A stretch of DNA of 57,239 nt, the filler included, from Jimgerdemannia flammicorona (taxonomy: Eukaryota), in assembly GCA_003990765.1 (NCBI GenBank). It is 3 parts of 3 records of this genome, joined end to end, with 100 filler letters (N's around TTAATTAATTAA, not from the genome) between each part and the next. Parts side by side here need not be neighbours in the genome. Positions count along the whole stretch, not along the records: positions 1 to 19,019 come from RBNJ01002050.1; positions 19,120 to 38,133 come from RBNJ01002051.1; 1 more part is not named here. One strand, given 5' to 3'. The number at the start of each line of letters is the position of its first letter. Position 1 is the stretch's first letter. The notes under the pieces were generated by a model, which was not told where the DNA came from, made no database searches, and worked only from the letters and a program-made list of their open reading frames with translations. The position numbers and the translations under genes are program-made. Shown here one piece after another: positions 11,764 through 23,760 of the stretch.

Positions 11764-14700
11764 ATGGCAACTCTCGCTTTAGCCCAACTAGCGGCCTCCA
11801 GAGACCGTTTGAATAACATGCTTGACAGGTATCAAATAAGCATCCAACAACACAACGCAAGCAGCAGCAATACCAACAACCAGGTCGCCATCACTGTCAA
11901 GGGATTCTTGGATTGGCTCGACTACAACAGTACGACCTCTCAGAGTAACCAGAACTCAACGATCCCAGAAGACGAAGCAAGGGAAGCCGCAATCCAGTTT
12001 GCCACCAGGTACCCTTGAACATGGTAACAGGGACAGGTGGAATTGATGGACCTCTACCTCCGTACAAATCGGTATTTTCCAACCACCACAATACCCAGTC
12101 CCCTTCCGGAGGATCGAAAACGAGAGCCTTCGATTTCCAGAGCCTCGTTGGAGCCATTTCTCAGTCTATACAACAATCGAACCAAATGAACGCTCAGATC
12201 GGCCAAGCCATCGGGCAAATCGGAACCCCCCAAGCACGCGAAGAGAAGGACATCCAAGCAATGACCAGCCTTCCACCGAACTGCACATTCAGCGGAAACG
12301 GAGCCGACCTACTTCTCATCCATCGAAACATCGATCGCCGCCATGGGATGGCCCAAAGAACGTAAGGGAAGGGCAAGTGCAAAAGGACCCAGAATATCGC
12401 CAACCGGACAAGTCCTGGCCTATGGCTCGCTACCGGAAGAATTCGTCGTTAATAGCAGGGCGGTCGTCAATGCAATCGCTGCAAGGTTTACTGGAGCAAC
12501 GGCCATGTGGTGGTCTAATTTGCCCGAAGCAACTAGACGACTAAATATGTCGCCCTACTTGGGAGAAGACCGAAAAGGGATTGTGGAACTCCTCGCTAGC
12601 AAAGGTCTCCGCGAACCACTGGAAGAACGATTACAACCGTCGCAATTCCTTACGGAAGCTTATAGCAAGGTCCGTACCATGAAGTACGTGCCCGAAGAAA
12701 AATCAATAGAAGAATTCGCGGCCGCCCTCGAAGGATACATGATAACAGCACGTAAAGGGGCCCAATTGGCAACCCTCATCAAGGCCGAGCAAATCCTCGC
12801 CAACTGCATCACAGAACAAGGAAACGGTAACGATTGCTTTAACTGTACCCTCGGACAAGCACGTCGGATTATGCAAGCCTACTTGGAGACCCCTCAGCAG
12901 TTCGGATTCAGCCAAGCATTCAGAACCACGAGCATTGACCCAACAGAACCAGCCTTGCGCTTTCCAGGGATTCGGAGGAAGTCCAAGCCCGCTAAGCGCA
13001 AGCCAGGCCGGACCAGGAGAATTCCAATGACCCGGAGATTGGGTAGCAGCACAAAAAGAGGGAACAAAGAGGCGAAGGTCTGACCCTTCAGGACCTAACG
13101 GCGCCAGCACCCAAACCAACGAACCCCACGGGAATGACATACGAACAAATGGCCCAACAAATCCAAGAGACGCAGCAGCAAATGTTGGCCAACGCGACAC
13201 CGGACGACCGTAAAAAGTACTTAAGTTGGTACGGAAAGCAAGGGAACGACGGGTTCGACCTAAACTAGTCCGGAGAATGTCCCTCGACGGAAACCTGGCG
13301 AACGTATCGGCCTTAGGAAGCAAGGGATTCCGCCAAGGCCCAATAATGCTCGGGAATAGCGCGGCAGGAGAACCAACCATCCAGATCCAAGGACATCGAC
13401 CAACCGGTAGCGCCTCGTTTATGCAGGCTTATAACGAAGCCCATCCGGCCCAGGTCCAATTAACTAGGTCAATGTATTACCAAGGAGGAAACGCTACGAA
13501 CCGGTTGACAACGGTCAACGAGAAGGAAAGCAAGGCCAAGAAATACAAGGAAAATTCGGGAAACAACCGCCAAGGGCCCGCTCTGTATGGAAGGAATAGT
13601 TGGAAGGCTATCGGACCAATGTGGGAAAAGCCCACGGAACACCGAAATTACAGGTCGTGGCAACAAGAACAAAAAGAAGAAAGGCGAAGCGCCAGAGCCG
13701 CTCCAACCGAAAAACGTTGGAAAGACAAGCACGGTAAAGAGGAGGAACTTAATTTCGATCATTTGATGTCAAAGGACGACGACAACGACCGATATTGAGA
13801 CAAGACGACTACTCAAAACCCACGAGCCCTAATGGCCACTACAAGTGCACCATTCAATTCTTGGAACCCGGAAAGCACGGCTCAGATCCATCCAGAAGAT
13901 AAGCCCAAGTCGTATACCGAAGCCTGGCCACTCGAAGTGGAAACATCGAAAAACGGAAGAAGAAGCACAACGAACGCGGCAGGATGCGTTGTACAACTCG
14001 ACATGGCAGCCGATGTATCGATCATCAGCCAAGAACTCCTCAAGGAATGGGGAATCCGTCCGGAATACTTGAACCCCCACCCGAGTAAATGTCGAAGTTA
14101 CCGACGTGGGAAAAGCAGCAGGCTGCACCTAGCCTTGGGATACGCATTTATGGCTACGACAGGGGCACCTCCCATCACGATCCAAGGCGAATTTTACGTC
14201 GTCGAGCACCCAGATATTCACGTTCTGCTAGGATATCCCGAGCTCACCAGTAACAAGATAAATATTAGCCTGCACCGAGGAGAAATTATAAAAGAAGGCC
14301 CAGAAGGAGTCGCGATCGTCCCTATCCGACAAACCGTGGGCCACGCTCTGGAAGCAGTGGTAAACTCAATCAAGGCACAATACAGGAACCCGAATCCCGT
14401 CACTAAAGCCTTCTTCTAAACGGCTAGCAAAACTATCCAAATGCAGTACGAAGCTCTAGCGCCATCCGCCTGGATCGAACACCTCAAGAAGGAGGAAGCC
14501 ATTATACGAACAACCGGCGAGTCAAGTGCGGTCCAACGAGGAATCCAAATTTTTGAAGGAGGACCAGCCGCGAACACAAGGCTCAGGCAAAAACGGATAA
14601 TTCTCGACGAAGAAACAGGACAACCGGCCACCGAACCTCTAGTAACCGAGGCCGCGCCCACCCAAGCGGAAACTTCAGGCCCTACTGGACGAGTACGCGC

Positions 14701-15353
14701 ATCTGACAATCAGAGAACTAGTCGACAAGCGAAGCGAGTACCAGAAGAGGAATGCTGCGGGAAGGCACGATAATGTCATCCAAGGACTTGGAAGAATGAT
14801 AATGGCATTCCACGAACAAGACAAGAACATGAGTAACAGCATCAACAACAGCAGCGGGACCAACAGCAGCAGCAGCAGCAATAGCAACAGTAGCGGACAC
14901 GCAAGCGGAACCAGCGCACCGGCAAGTTCAATTGGATTCGCGTCACTAATCCCGACAGCCACTGGAAGCGCAGCCAGCCAACTGGATGAATGGGCCCCTA
15001 CGGCGTTATACGTCAAATACTTCCGGAACAGTGAGTACGCCGATATGCACAAGAGATACGTGGCAATCAATGTCGCTTGCCTCTTCGGAGACACCGATGC
15101 TACGTATCTGTTGGAAGGACTACCCAACGTTATCCGAAGAAACCCGAGGGAAGGAGATCCGCCATACATTGGGAACTATCGAGTAATCGCGGCGTTCGAA
15201 GGTGTTAGCATCCACACGAAAGGAGTCGGAATGCAGGCGCGCGACCGTTTGGGTCAACTCGTTCGTCTCTTTATCGGACAGGAATGGCTTCAAAGTGGGG
15301 TCAAGGCGTCGGTTTTGGTCGTCGGAGGGTTTCATAGAGATTGTAGGAGATGA
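11764..15353 (+). pseudogene. Disrupted gag-protease polyprotein
   Basis: TFSGNG, ARFTGATAMWWSNL and SIEEFAAALE (retrotransposon capsid); VQLDMAADVSIIS...FYVVEHPDIHVLLGYPEL (retropepsin). ORFs 13226, 13832 and 14441 are in one frame, separated by single stops. Confidence 0.7.
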
Positions 15354-15755
15354 AGAGAAAATTTCAGTCGGTCACCGCTGATGATATTCGACACCATTGC
15401 AAATGCTCTGATTCCTGCATATATTTTTTTTAATTTAATTATTTGTTTAGTATACATCATATAAACGCCAATCCATTCACATGCATTATGGATTCCACTT
15501 TTGTCGAATACGGCTTATATAAATCCATGAATTCAATAGACGGGTAATTTTTTTAGCATCTCGAGGGTGTACGTCTTCCCTGGAAAAGATAGTTTCGACT
15601 ACGAATGTCGCGAGATTCACGAAAACACAATTGAAAGGGCTGCCCTTATGACCGTGGTTCTGTCATGAAACATTGGGTTCACAGAAAGCAACTCACGTGA
15701 ATACCACCGCTTGTACATAAGCAAAATAAGCAGTCGCAACATCGGTCAGGAAAAC

Positions 15756-16211
15756 ATGAATCCCGTCGCCCTCCGGCAGCTCGTCACGACGCCTCTCCGC
15801 TCCACAACGAGCATCCTACCATCATCGAGGCTTGCAATCGCCATCCGCGTGACGCGTCGACGCGACTATGCGACCAAAGCGGAGCAGAAGCCCATGACGC
15901 CGGAGCTGTTCCCGCAGACGGTGGTGCTCTCGAACGGGGCGACGTACATGGTGCGCACGAGCTCTCCGCGCGCGCAGCTCCGCCTCACCAAGGACACCCG
16001 CAACCACCCGCTCTGGAACCCCGCCGTCCTGGCATCCCAACTGTCCGACGAAAACGAGCAGCTCGTCCGATTCACAAAGCGTTTCGGCGACCTCCACGAC
16101 CTGAGCGACGTCTCCGTCATCCAGAGCGACGAGGCCGTCTCCGCCGCTATGACGAAGGCCGTCACCGTATCCACCTCCCCGAAAAAGGCCAAGCCCAAAG
16201 GAAAGAAGTAG
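15756..16211 (+). CDS. MRPL36: Mitochondrial large-subunit ribosomal protein bL31m (fungal MrpL36)
   Basis: Arg/Ser/Thr-rich presequence, then FPQTVVLSNGATYMVRTSSPR..LRLTKDTRNHPLWNP...LVRFTKRFG. Confidence 0.88.
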   Translation: MNPVALRQLVTTPLRSTTSILPSSRLAIAIRVTRRRDYATKAEQKPMTPELFPQTVVLSNGATYMVRTSSPRAQLRLTKDTRNHPLWNPAVLASQLSDENEQLVRFTKRFGDLHDLSDVSVIQSDEAVSAAMTKAVTVSTSPKKAKPKGKK

Positions 16212-16547
16212 AGAGAGGGGGGGGGGATTGGATTTTTCTCCCTTGCTAGAATGGGTTGGATCAATGAACTTTGTAATTGGGAATATATGAAGGTGTATGG
16301 GCCCGTGTTGTATATGCAGATTAGTGAAGCTTTCTGTATCATAGACGTAGAATGACTTCAAGAGTTGGCAGAAAAGATATAAACCAGTGTAAAACGATGC
16401 CCTAACAACCTCGAGCTTTACAAATCCAGACCATCACTTTAAAGACATATCATCCGTTGACGATGCAATACTATTTTTGGCAATTTGTCGTTGTAACTCA
16501 TCCTATTATTATTGCGATTGTACAAATAGTAAAATGGAGTTACAAAA

Positions 16548-17933
16548 TCAAACATTACCGGGGACACTCGGGCTCTGACTCCCACCATCCAACGTATTGC
16601 CACTCACTTGACACTCCTCTCTTGCCTCCACCCATTCCAACGCGTTATCAATAATCTCCTTCTGCCCCACTAAATACAACAATGTATAATATTCCCCTCT
16701 CGACAAACCCTCCCCAACCACGGCCTCAACCCTCTTCTGATCCTCCCCTAGCGTAGTCGGGTACTGCTCCCTCATCCCTTCAAACAACCCCCTCAACGTC
16801 TCCAATACCGCCTGCTCGTTCCGCTCGCTTGCTGACTCGCGTAATAGGGTCTCAAGGTTTTCCACGCTGTACCGCGAAAGGTCTTCCTCGTCCATCAGGA
16901 GCAACCTCAATGACCCCACCAGCCCGGCACCCACGACCTGGTCCGCCCCCTCCACCCACGAAGCTTGTACCGAATGCTCGAGACCGAAACCCAACTCTTC
17001 GCCTAAAGCGAGAAGCATCAACTTTTTCACCTCCCCGTCGTCGTCGTCGGGGGGACCAAACGAGAGGTTGACACGGTCGAACGGGTTCTGCAGGATGGTA
17101 AAACCATAGTAGAGGAGCAGCTGCCAGTTCGCGAGATCGTTGTAGCACAGGTGGAGTTCCCTTCCCGCGGCAGGGGCGGTCTCAGCACAGACAATGCGGA
17201 GCATGCGCGTGTGCGGGTCAAACCTTTCGATGCGCAAGGTAGCGTCGCGCGCAGAAGGAACGTGGTTGGCGAGGTCGGCGAGTGGGACCAGCGTCGTGTT
17301 TAGGACTAAGGGATCTGCGCCGATGAGGTTCAACTTGAAGGCACGACTCTCTATGGCAGTGTAGGCCCAGAGGAGAGCGGCCGGGGTCGCGGAGGAGGGA
17401 TTGAGGAGAGTTGGAAAAGTTTGGAGGAGGGGAAGGACGATGCGGGTGTGGAGGACTTGCAGGGTTTCGAGCATGGTCAGGACAAGGGAGTGGAGGGGGG
17501 TAGGTTCGAGTAGAGTTAGTTCTTGGGGTGTGAAGAAGAGGGGGGTGGTGAAGGTGCGGGGAAGGAGGGTGATGTAGGGATGCCAGAGGGAGGATTCAAG
17601 TTTGGAGCGTTCGTGTAGGAGGAAGAGAGAAAGGATTAGGACCTCTTGCGAGATGCTGTCATATAGACCATCGAGGTCTATGATGCTGGTGGTGTTGGCT
17701 TCGAGGTCGGGATCGGACTTGGGGCAAAGGACGCGGTAGACCTTGGCAAAGGAAGGAGAGTTCTTGGCGGAGATGGAGCTCATAAGCAGGAGTTCTGGGA
17801 TCTCGATGGTGGTCTCACCTGGGGTCAGGGCCTTGGAGGCCACAAGGCAGTAGCCATCGTCCTGTGCATAGGGCTTGACGATGAGGGTGCGCCTCACATT
17901 ATGAAAGTCGAGCCAGTGTTGGAAGAGGTCCAT
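16548..17933 (-). CDS. SET-domain methyltransferase with Rubisco-LSMT substrate-binding domain (SETD3/LSMT-like), intronless, 461 aa
   Basis: GYCLVASKAL.PGE...IP..LLMS, SLWHPYITLLP..FTTPLFF, WAYTAIESRAF, LVPLADLANH, YNDLANWQLLLYYGF, YPTTLGED. Confidence 0.88.
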   Translation of the reverse strand: MDLFQHWLDFHNVRRTLIVKPYAQDDGYCLVASKALTPGETTIEIPELLLMSSISAKNSPSFAKVYRVLCPKSDPDLEANTTSIIDLDGLYDSISQEVLILSLFLLHERSKLESSLWHPYITLLPRTFTTPLFFTPQELTLLEPTPLHSLVLTMLETLQVLHTRIVLPLLQTFPTLLNPSSATPAALLWAYTAIESRAFKLNLIGADPLVLNTTLVPLADLANHVPSARDATLRIERFDPHTRMLRIVCAETAPAAGRELHLCYNDLANWQLLLYYGFTILQNPFDRVNLSFGPPDDDDGEVKKLMLLALGEELGFGLEHSVQASWVEGADQVVGAGLVGSLRLLLMDEEDLSRYSVENLETLLRESASERNEQAVLETLRGLFEGMREQYPTTLGEDQKRVEAVVGEGLSRGEYYTLLYLVGQKEIIDNALEWVEAREECQVSGNTLDGGSQSPSVPGNV

Positions 17934-18137
17934 GGCGCGCCGGCGATGGACATGGCGCGTCGTGATGAATTTATGACATGACGTCAGTCATTATGCAATT
18001 TGAGCAACTGTATATATATAATTAATTATATAAAAAAAAAAGAGCCAGGTGCTCTGGGACTCGGTCATCCATCAGGTGGGTAATTACGTGTTACGGTCAA
18101 CACCAGCTTGGCGGCAGCTAGTCAATAGAGTCTAGCT

Positions 18138-18222
18138 AGCCAATGGAACGGTGTAGGCAGCTATAAGCCAATGGAACGGTGTAGGCAGCTATAAGCCAAT
18201 GGAACGGTGGCGGCAGCTATCC
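18138..18222. promoter_or_regulatory. Three tandem 28-bp units, each with a CCAAT box, in the SET/Dicer divergent promoter
   Basis: agccaatggaacggtgtaggcagctata repeated, with GCCAAT at 18139, 18167 and 18195; nearby TGACGTCA (17979) and TCACGTG (18239). Confidence 0.6.
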
Positions 18223-18337
18223 AAGGGCGGCAGCGGGGTCACGTGGAGGCCAAGCCACGGAATTGTCGAAGATAATTATGGTTCACCCCCACTGCTGTGG
18301 TTGTCAACCCTTGCATGATCTTGACAACCTCAAAATC

Positions 18338-18877
18338 ATGGACATTTCCTTCGCAGAGGCAAAAGCGTTTGCCTTTGGAAAGGCGAAAACCGGCTTCAAA
18401 CGTCACATTGCCCCTTCAACTAACCTTACCGCCTCCAATTCGTCGAAACCCCCGTTGCGCCAGAATGAGGACAACCATACAATCCCACCTGCCCTCAACC
18501 TGCGTTGGGAGAACTTCCCCGTCCCACTTCCACCGTCCCTCCCTCCCGCCGCCCACAAATACAACCCGGCCGCCATCGCCCCCGGTGAAGATTACATGTC
18601 TGCTCTCTCCTCGGACAGCGACACGAACAGTTCCTCACCAGAACCCGCGACGCCCGACCCGGACACCCGCACCCTCAAGGAGGTCGTCGTCCCCGATATG
18701 AAAGAGATCGCCAATGCCCTCGCCCCGCGCCAGTACCAGCTCGAGCTTTTTGAGAAGGCCAAGAATGGGAACATCATCGCCGTGCTCGATACCGGGAGCG
18801 GAAAGACTCTCATCGCCGTCATGCTCATTAAGGAGATTATGACTATCGAGAGAGAGGAGAGGATGAATCGAAGGCTT
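18338..18877 (+). CDS. Dicer-like protein, first exon (start of the DExD helicase); rest lost at contig end
   Basis: [38 protein letters not shown] (Q motif plus Walker A typical of Dicer helicases); GTGAGT donor at 18878. Confidence 0.85.
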
Positions 18878-19019
18878 GTGAGTAGGTGTGGTTAGGGTGA
18901 AGTGGTTGGTGCTGTGGAATTTAAGCCAATTTATAAATTTGTTTTTTGTCTATAATCATTTCATTGCAATGTCCTACCTGTCATCATCCCAACTCGACAT
19001 TTAACCCTCCTCCCCCCCC

Positions 19020-19119
19020 NNNNNNNNNNNNNNNNNNNNNNNNNNNNNNNNNNNNNNNNNNNNTTAATTAATTAANNNNNNNNNNNNNNNNNNNNNNNNN
19101 NNNNNNNNNNNNNNNNNNN
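19020..19119. other. Artificial contig linker (N44-TTAATTAATTAA-N44)
   Basis: Six-frame stop spacer flanked by Ns, exactly 100 bp. Confidence 0.97.
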
Positions 19120-21905
19120 TTAATGGACTTATGTCCTGCAGATTTTTATTGGAAGGGAACCTAGACTATATAGGCCAAAACTCTCCCCCACCACCTATTA
19201 AGTACTGTCCCTCCATTAACCTAGGCTAGCTATTATCCAGTAGCTCAACCATGCTAGGCACAGCAGGGCCTATATTGGCCCATACCTCATTCTGTACACT
19301 ATGCTCTCTCTACCATCAGAGGAAACCCAACCATATGCCAATGACCAAAAGTACATGCCTGAGAACCCAATGTATGTACAAGGCCATGTCTGAGCTGAAT
19401 AGAATAGCCCCTGCTACTCCAAAGAGAATGACAGGCAAAGAAAAAACCCTCATCAAAGTACAACATGGTGGGTAGGGCCTGGTTCTCCCAGTTGAGGTAA
19501 GTAAAGGACTTACATGTGAGGTGAGAGGAGACCTCCAATACCCCACTACTCAAGCCTGTGGGCCTTGATCACATTGCCATATCAGCTCCCAGTTCCAGTT
19601 AAGTGCAGCCAAGATACCTGAAATGGGTAGTCTCAGGCCCCCTGACCCCCTCTGATGACTGGGGCCTAACCTGCCAACCCACCAAAAGAAGCTAAGAGTG
19701 ACACCTACTACCTAACTGCACCACACCAATCAAAAGGCCCCATCAAAGTAGTACCTGCCCCAGCCCTGATGACTGCCTCCAGCCTGGCATCCTACTGGTT
19801 CACTGTTATTGCTCTTCCTCCTATCTGTAATGGCCATCTCCCCTCTCATCCCAACAACATCTAAAAAGCAGTCATCTATGCCAGAACCACACTCACTAGG
19901 AAGCTTGCCAAAGCCAGAGGGCCCCACTACAGGCACTGAGGACCTGCAGGTAACCTACACTGAGCACTTGACACCCAAGGTCAGCCAACTCCCTATATAG
20001 CCTGAGATATACTGAGACAACACCTTGTTGGTGACAGCAAAAGGAAGAAGGTGTCACACCCAAATAGATGCACTCTAGATATAGCTGAAGATATCAGAAA
20101 CTGTGAAAAAGTGAAGAAGATACTGATCAGACACCAATAAAAGGGCAACTCATCACCATTGCCCTCCTCCCACCATGCCCATGCAGGCACAGCAAACCAC
20201 CCCAAGGTAGAGGGGGTAATAATAGGGGAAAGGGGACTCAGAAGGTTGCCTACCAAACCTTGTGACTAGTAAGGTAGCAGAGAAAGGAGTCTGTATATTC
20301 TCATTCTCTATATATTGTATTGGTGACCCCAGAATGATGATATCAGCACAGGAGATAGTCTTTTCTTACAAGCCAAAATATCAGAGCACAAGGAGATCAT
20401 ACGGCATATGAGATGAGCAATGATGACCAACTGTGAGTCATTGTGACCATGGTATGATATCTGGAGGAATATAAAAGAAGAATCAAGAAACTGTAGTAGC
20501 AGTAACCAATAAGACCCACCAATCCCAAAATAGCCCAAAGACTTACTACAAACAAAATGTCTACTGCCTGCCAAACCTCAAGGTCAAGGAACCACTAAGA
20601 TACCTCAGTCAAAGAAAGGATGTTCCAAGACATCAGAAGAGCTATGAGAACCCACTCAAGAAGGACTCCTAGTATTAACCTGGATACTGGTGACCCTTAT
20701 CATTATATTCTCTACTGCTATGAAATGGAAACAAGGATCACTATTACTACCAAATATCTCCAAATGTGGCAGAAGTATAAAATAGGAAACCTCCTCTGCT
20801 GAGAGTTTTCACATACCAGCACTCAAGAGCTACAAGATGCCACTCCCATGGATATATACAAAATGAGGATAGCTAAAAAGATCCATCAGATCTTCAGGCA
20901 TGTACCATGGTTGATCTCCAACTTGGAGTATGTTAGAGTCTCAGATTTCAGAGACCTGTCATCCTGCCATATCAATACACTAGAAGCCAGGGTGGCTACA
21001 AAAGCCCAGTCCACTATCACCCTCAATAGTGATGAAGTAGAAGACTTCTGGCATCCTATCCTCTAGGACAACTCAGACCAATTCCTGCAAGGGTTGATTT
21101 CAGTATTCCAAGGCCTAAGCATCTGGGTTAGACCTCCCCAAGACTCCATATTTGTTCCCTATTTTGTAGAAGAGAAACTCATAGACTGGAGAGCTCCATA
21201 TCTTCTTATTTCTACTACTGCCAAATGTGATAATATCATCAGTAATGACATCATCCTGCATGACTTCGATATATATAAGACATGTGACTTATATGAGATA
21301 CCTAAAGTACCTGAAATGCATGACCTATATAATCTTGACAAAACATTTGTAGACCTCATCTCTTTTGAAGACATCCTGACCTCTGATGATGAGGATGAAG
21401 CCCCTATGGTCTTGAACATTCTGCTCAAAGTCTCTTGTTATACTGGATAATATCAGCATCAGTATTCTGAGGTGATGCAAAATTATTCCAGCACTGACAT
21501 TTGAGGTAATACTGAATAATGCCAGCACCAGTATTTTGATGTGACACCAAATTATACTAGCATCCTGAATCTGTATAACCATTAGTACCAACCCTGGAAC
21601 TTAGTAGTTTTAGCTATTGGAATTTATATTTAGCTTTATATCTTAGCAACTATTGAATTATATTTTGTATAAATACCCCTCTTATTTCCTCTAAAATAAA
21701 GTCTGTTTTGGTTTCACTTATACACACTTCCTTATAAGCAATCTAAGAGATAACAAAACAGTTAAAGATAAGAAGTTTGAGGACTATAAGATCTTAGGAA
21801 GGTACTCCAATAAGAACTTACTTATAACAAACTTGAGTTAGTCTAAGAGATACATCTTGAAGAGAATCTGACATATTTGAAGGACTCAGTGACCACTATG
21901 TGACA
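19120..21905 (+). repeat. Long 5' LTR region of the host element (left end not visible)
   Basis: Ends in CA 3 nt before a TGG PBS; TATAAATA at about 21669 and AATAAA at about 21695; no second copy is available to fix the start. Confidence 0.6.
20620..21450 (+). pseudogene. Accessory ORF upstream of the host PBS (two in-frame stops)
   Basis: ORFs 20620, 20848 and 21094 share one frame; contains YKIGNLL...YKMRIAKKIHQIFRHVPWLISNLEYVRVSDFRDLSSCHINTL and an acidic tail. Confidence 0.65.
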
Positions 21906-21908
21906 ACT

Positions 21909-21925
21909 TGGTGCCCATTTGCTGG
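21909..21925 (+). promoter_or_regulatory. Primer-binding site of the host element
   Basis: TGGTGCCCATTTGCTGG directly after the LTR end; tRNA identity not assigned. Confidence 0.75.
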
Positions 21926-22025
21926 TGATTTAAGATGAATCCCTCACTTTCAAGCTGAAAAATGAACAACCCCCACAATAACTACCCTGACTACAAGAGT
22001 CACCTCTGCAAGAATTCAAGATAAG

Positions 22026-23760
22026 ATGGAAATACATCCCCCCACATTCTATAGATATACTACTGAAGAGTCAATCCTGACCTTCATTAAAGACTTTGAA
22101 CAATTCACCACTATACAAACCCTTGGTGTGGATGCACAATTGGCCCTTCTACCAGTCAGCCTCAGAGGACCTGCCAGAGATAAGTTCAATGCAGCCACCA
22201 TTGCTAATGCTAGTGCAGCCAAACTTGCCAACATGAAGACCTTCCTCAGAACAACATACTATACTGAAGAGATCAAGTAAGCTCTCAAGGATCAACTCAA
22301 TACTTTCTGCCAGGGACTTAGTAAAGATCCCAACTCATTCTATACCTGAATCTGCCATCAGATTGTCTTAGCTGGTTATGATGACCACCTCAAGGAATAA
22401 ATAGCAGATTCAACCTTCCTCAAAGGAGTTCACCCTGAAATTGCCTTAGCAATCCAGTCTACCCCAGCTGTACTAACCCTTGATCAGAAAGTAGTCTTTG
22501 TACAGAGATATTGGACTGCCAGATACCCTGCCAAACACTCAATAGAGAAAATAACTAGTATCAAGATGGAGCCATCAAAGCCAACTGGTATCATACCTGC
22601 CACAGTTGTAAATAGACAACTATCCCCACCTACCCCCAAGATAGCCAAAGCTGACCCAGTGGAGGAACTTGTCAAGCAGTTTGCCAAGATGACTGCATAC
22701 CTTGGTGATATTATTAGAGAAGTCTGAAGTACCAACAGGAGACCAGTGCAGAGATTTGCAGCTACTATAGAAGAACACAATATTATATGCTTCAGATGTG
22801 GAGAAGAAGGCCACTATGTAAAGAGTTGCATGACTGAAACAAGATACAAAGCTCAATCAAGTAATGCTAGCAGAACTAGAGAACAAACCAATGCAGTAGT
22901 CATCAAAGAGATTGGTGATACTGATAATGAAGAATACTATGAGGAGCTTGAATTCTACCCAGCTACTGAAGGTACCAGAACCTGGTCCAAGCCCTATGAC
23001 AAGAAGAGCAACAACAAGCCAGTTGGAAGACCAAAGAAGACCCCAGCTGTTACTATTCAAAGCAAGACTCAACCAGAGGAGATTGATCAAGACATAAAGT
23101 TAGATGAAGCTATCTGCCAAATCATAGAAGGCACTACTCCAGTCTCAGAAGAAAGCAAAAGCAAGAAGGAACAGAAGCTGTGCAAGACCAAGATCCACCA
23201 GTATGATATCTACAAGGACCTTAAGGAATAGAAGGTCAATGCTACTTTTGGATAACTAGCCAAAGTCTCTGCCTTTAGACAGCAGTTGAGAGTAGGACTT
23301 GCAACTACTGCCAAGAATCAAGAGTATAAGATTGTAGAAGCTCACAATGTACAGGAAGAATCTGAAAACTCAAGTGAAGAATCTAAGGACCAGCACAAGA
23401 CATCAGCCTATACTCCCTGCTAGATTGAAGACTATATCTTTAATGCCATCATTGATACTAGTGCTGGAGGATGCCTCATAAGCAAGAAGGCAATTGACCA
23501 CCTAGGCTGAGACATTGAAGAGTCCACCAAGATGGTCTATGTTACAGTAGATGGTATATGAACTACCCCCCTTGGCAAAATCCGAGAAGTCCCCATCAAG
23601 ATAGGAGGAGCTACCATCCCAGTAGACATGATTGTTACAAGTACCACCAACTATAACATCCTCATTGGCAACCAATGGCTTCACAAGGCCAAGGCCATCA
23701 TTGACCTCAATGCCCAGAAGATGCAGATCAACTATAGAGGAAGAAAGGTATGAGTCTCTA
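22026..23760 (+). pseudogene. Host gag (capsid, zinc knuckle) and aspartic protease
   Basis: PPTF...FIKDFE...SLRGPARDKF; CFRCGEEGHYVKSC; AIIDTSAGG (DTG decayed); many CAA>TAA and CGA>TGA type stops. Confidence 0.85.

Larger units (their letters stand above)
9570..15353 (+). mobile_element. Decayed LTR-retrotransposon-derived element: RING-like ORF, accessory ORF, acidic ORF, gag, one or two aspartic-protease domains; no RT/IN seen; ends approximate
   Basis: Intronless A/C-rich segment unlike the flanking genes; gag and protease motifs; several frameshifts and in-frame stops; TATA-like (~10896) and AATAAA (~11007) upstream of gag; no LTR pair or TSD found. Confidence 0.75.

Noticed and set aside
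13796..13798. In-frame TGA between gag and protease as a programmed readthrough site
   Set aside because: No recognised readthrough context, and the element has other isolated stops consistent with C>T decay.
18138..18222. 28-bp repeats as a CRISPR-like array
   Set aside because: Direct tandem units without spacers, eukaryotic context, no cas genes.
19064..19075. TTAATTAATTAA palindrome (also at 38178-38189)
   Set aside because: Synthetic six-frame stop linker, not genomic sequence.
18338..19300. Dicer apparently disrupted by, or adjacent to, a retrotransposon cluster
   Set aside because: The gene simply runs off the contig end within its first intron; the next sequence lies beyond an artificial linker.
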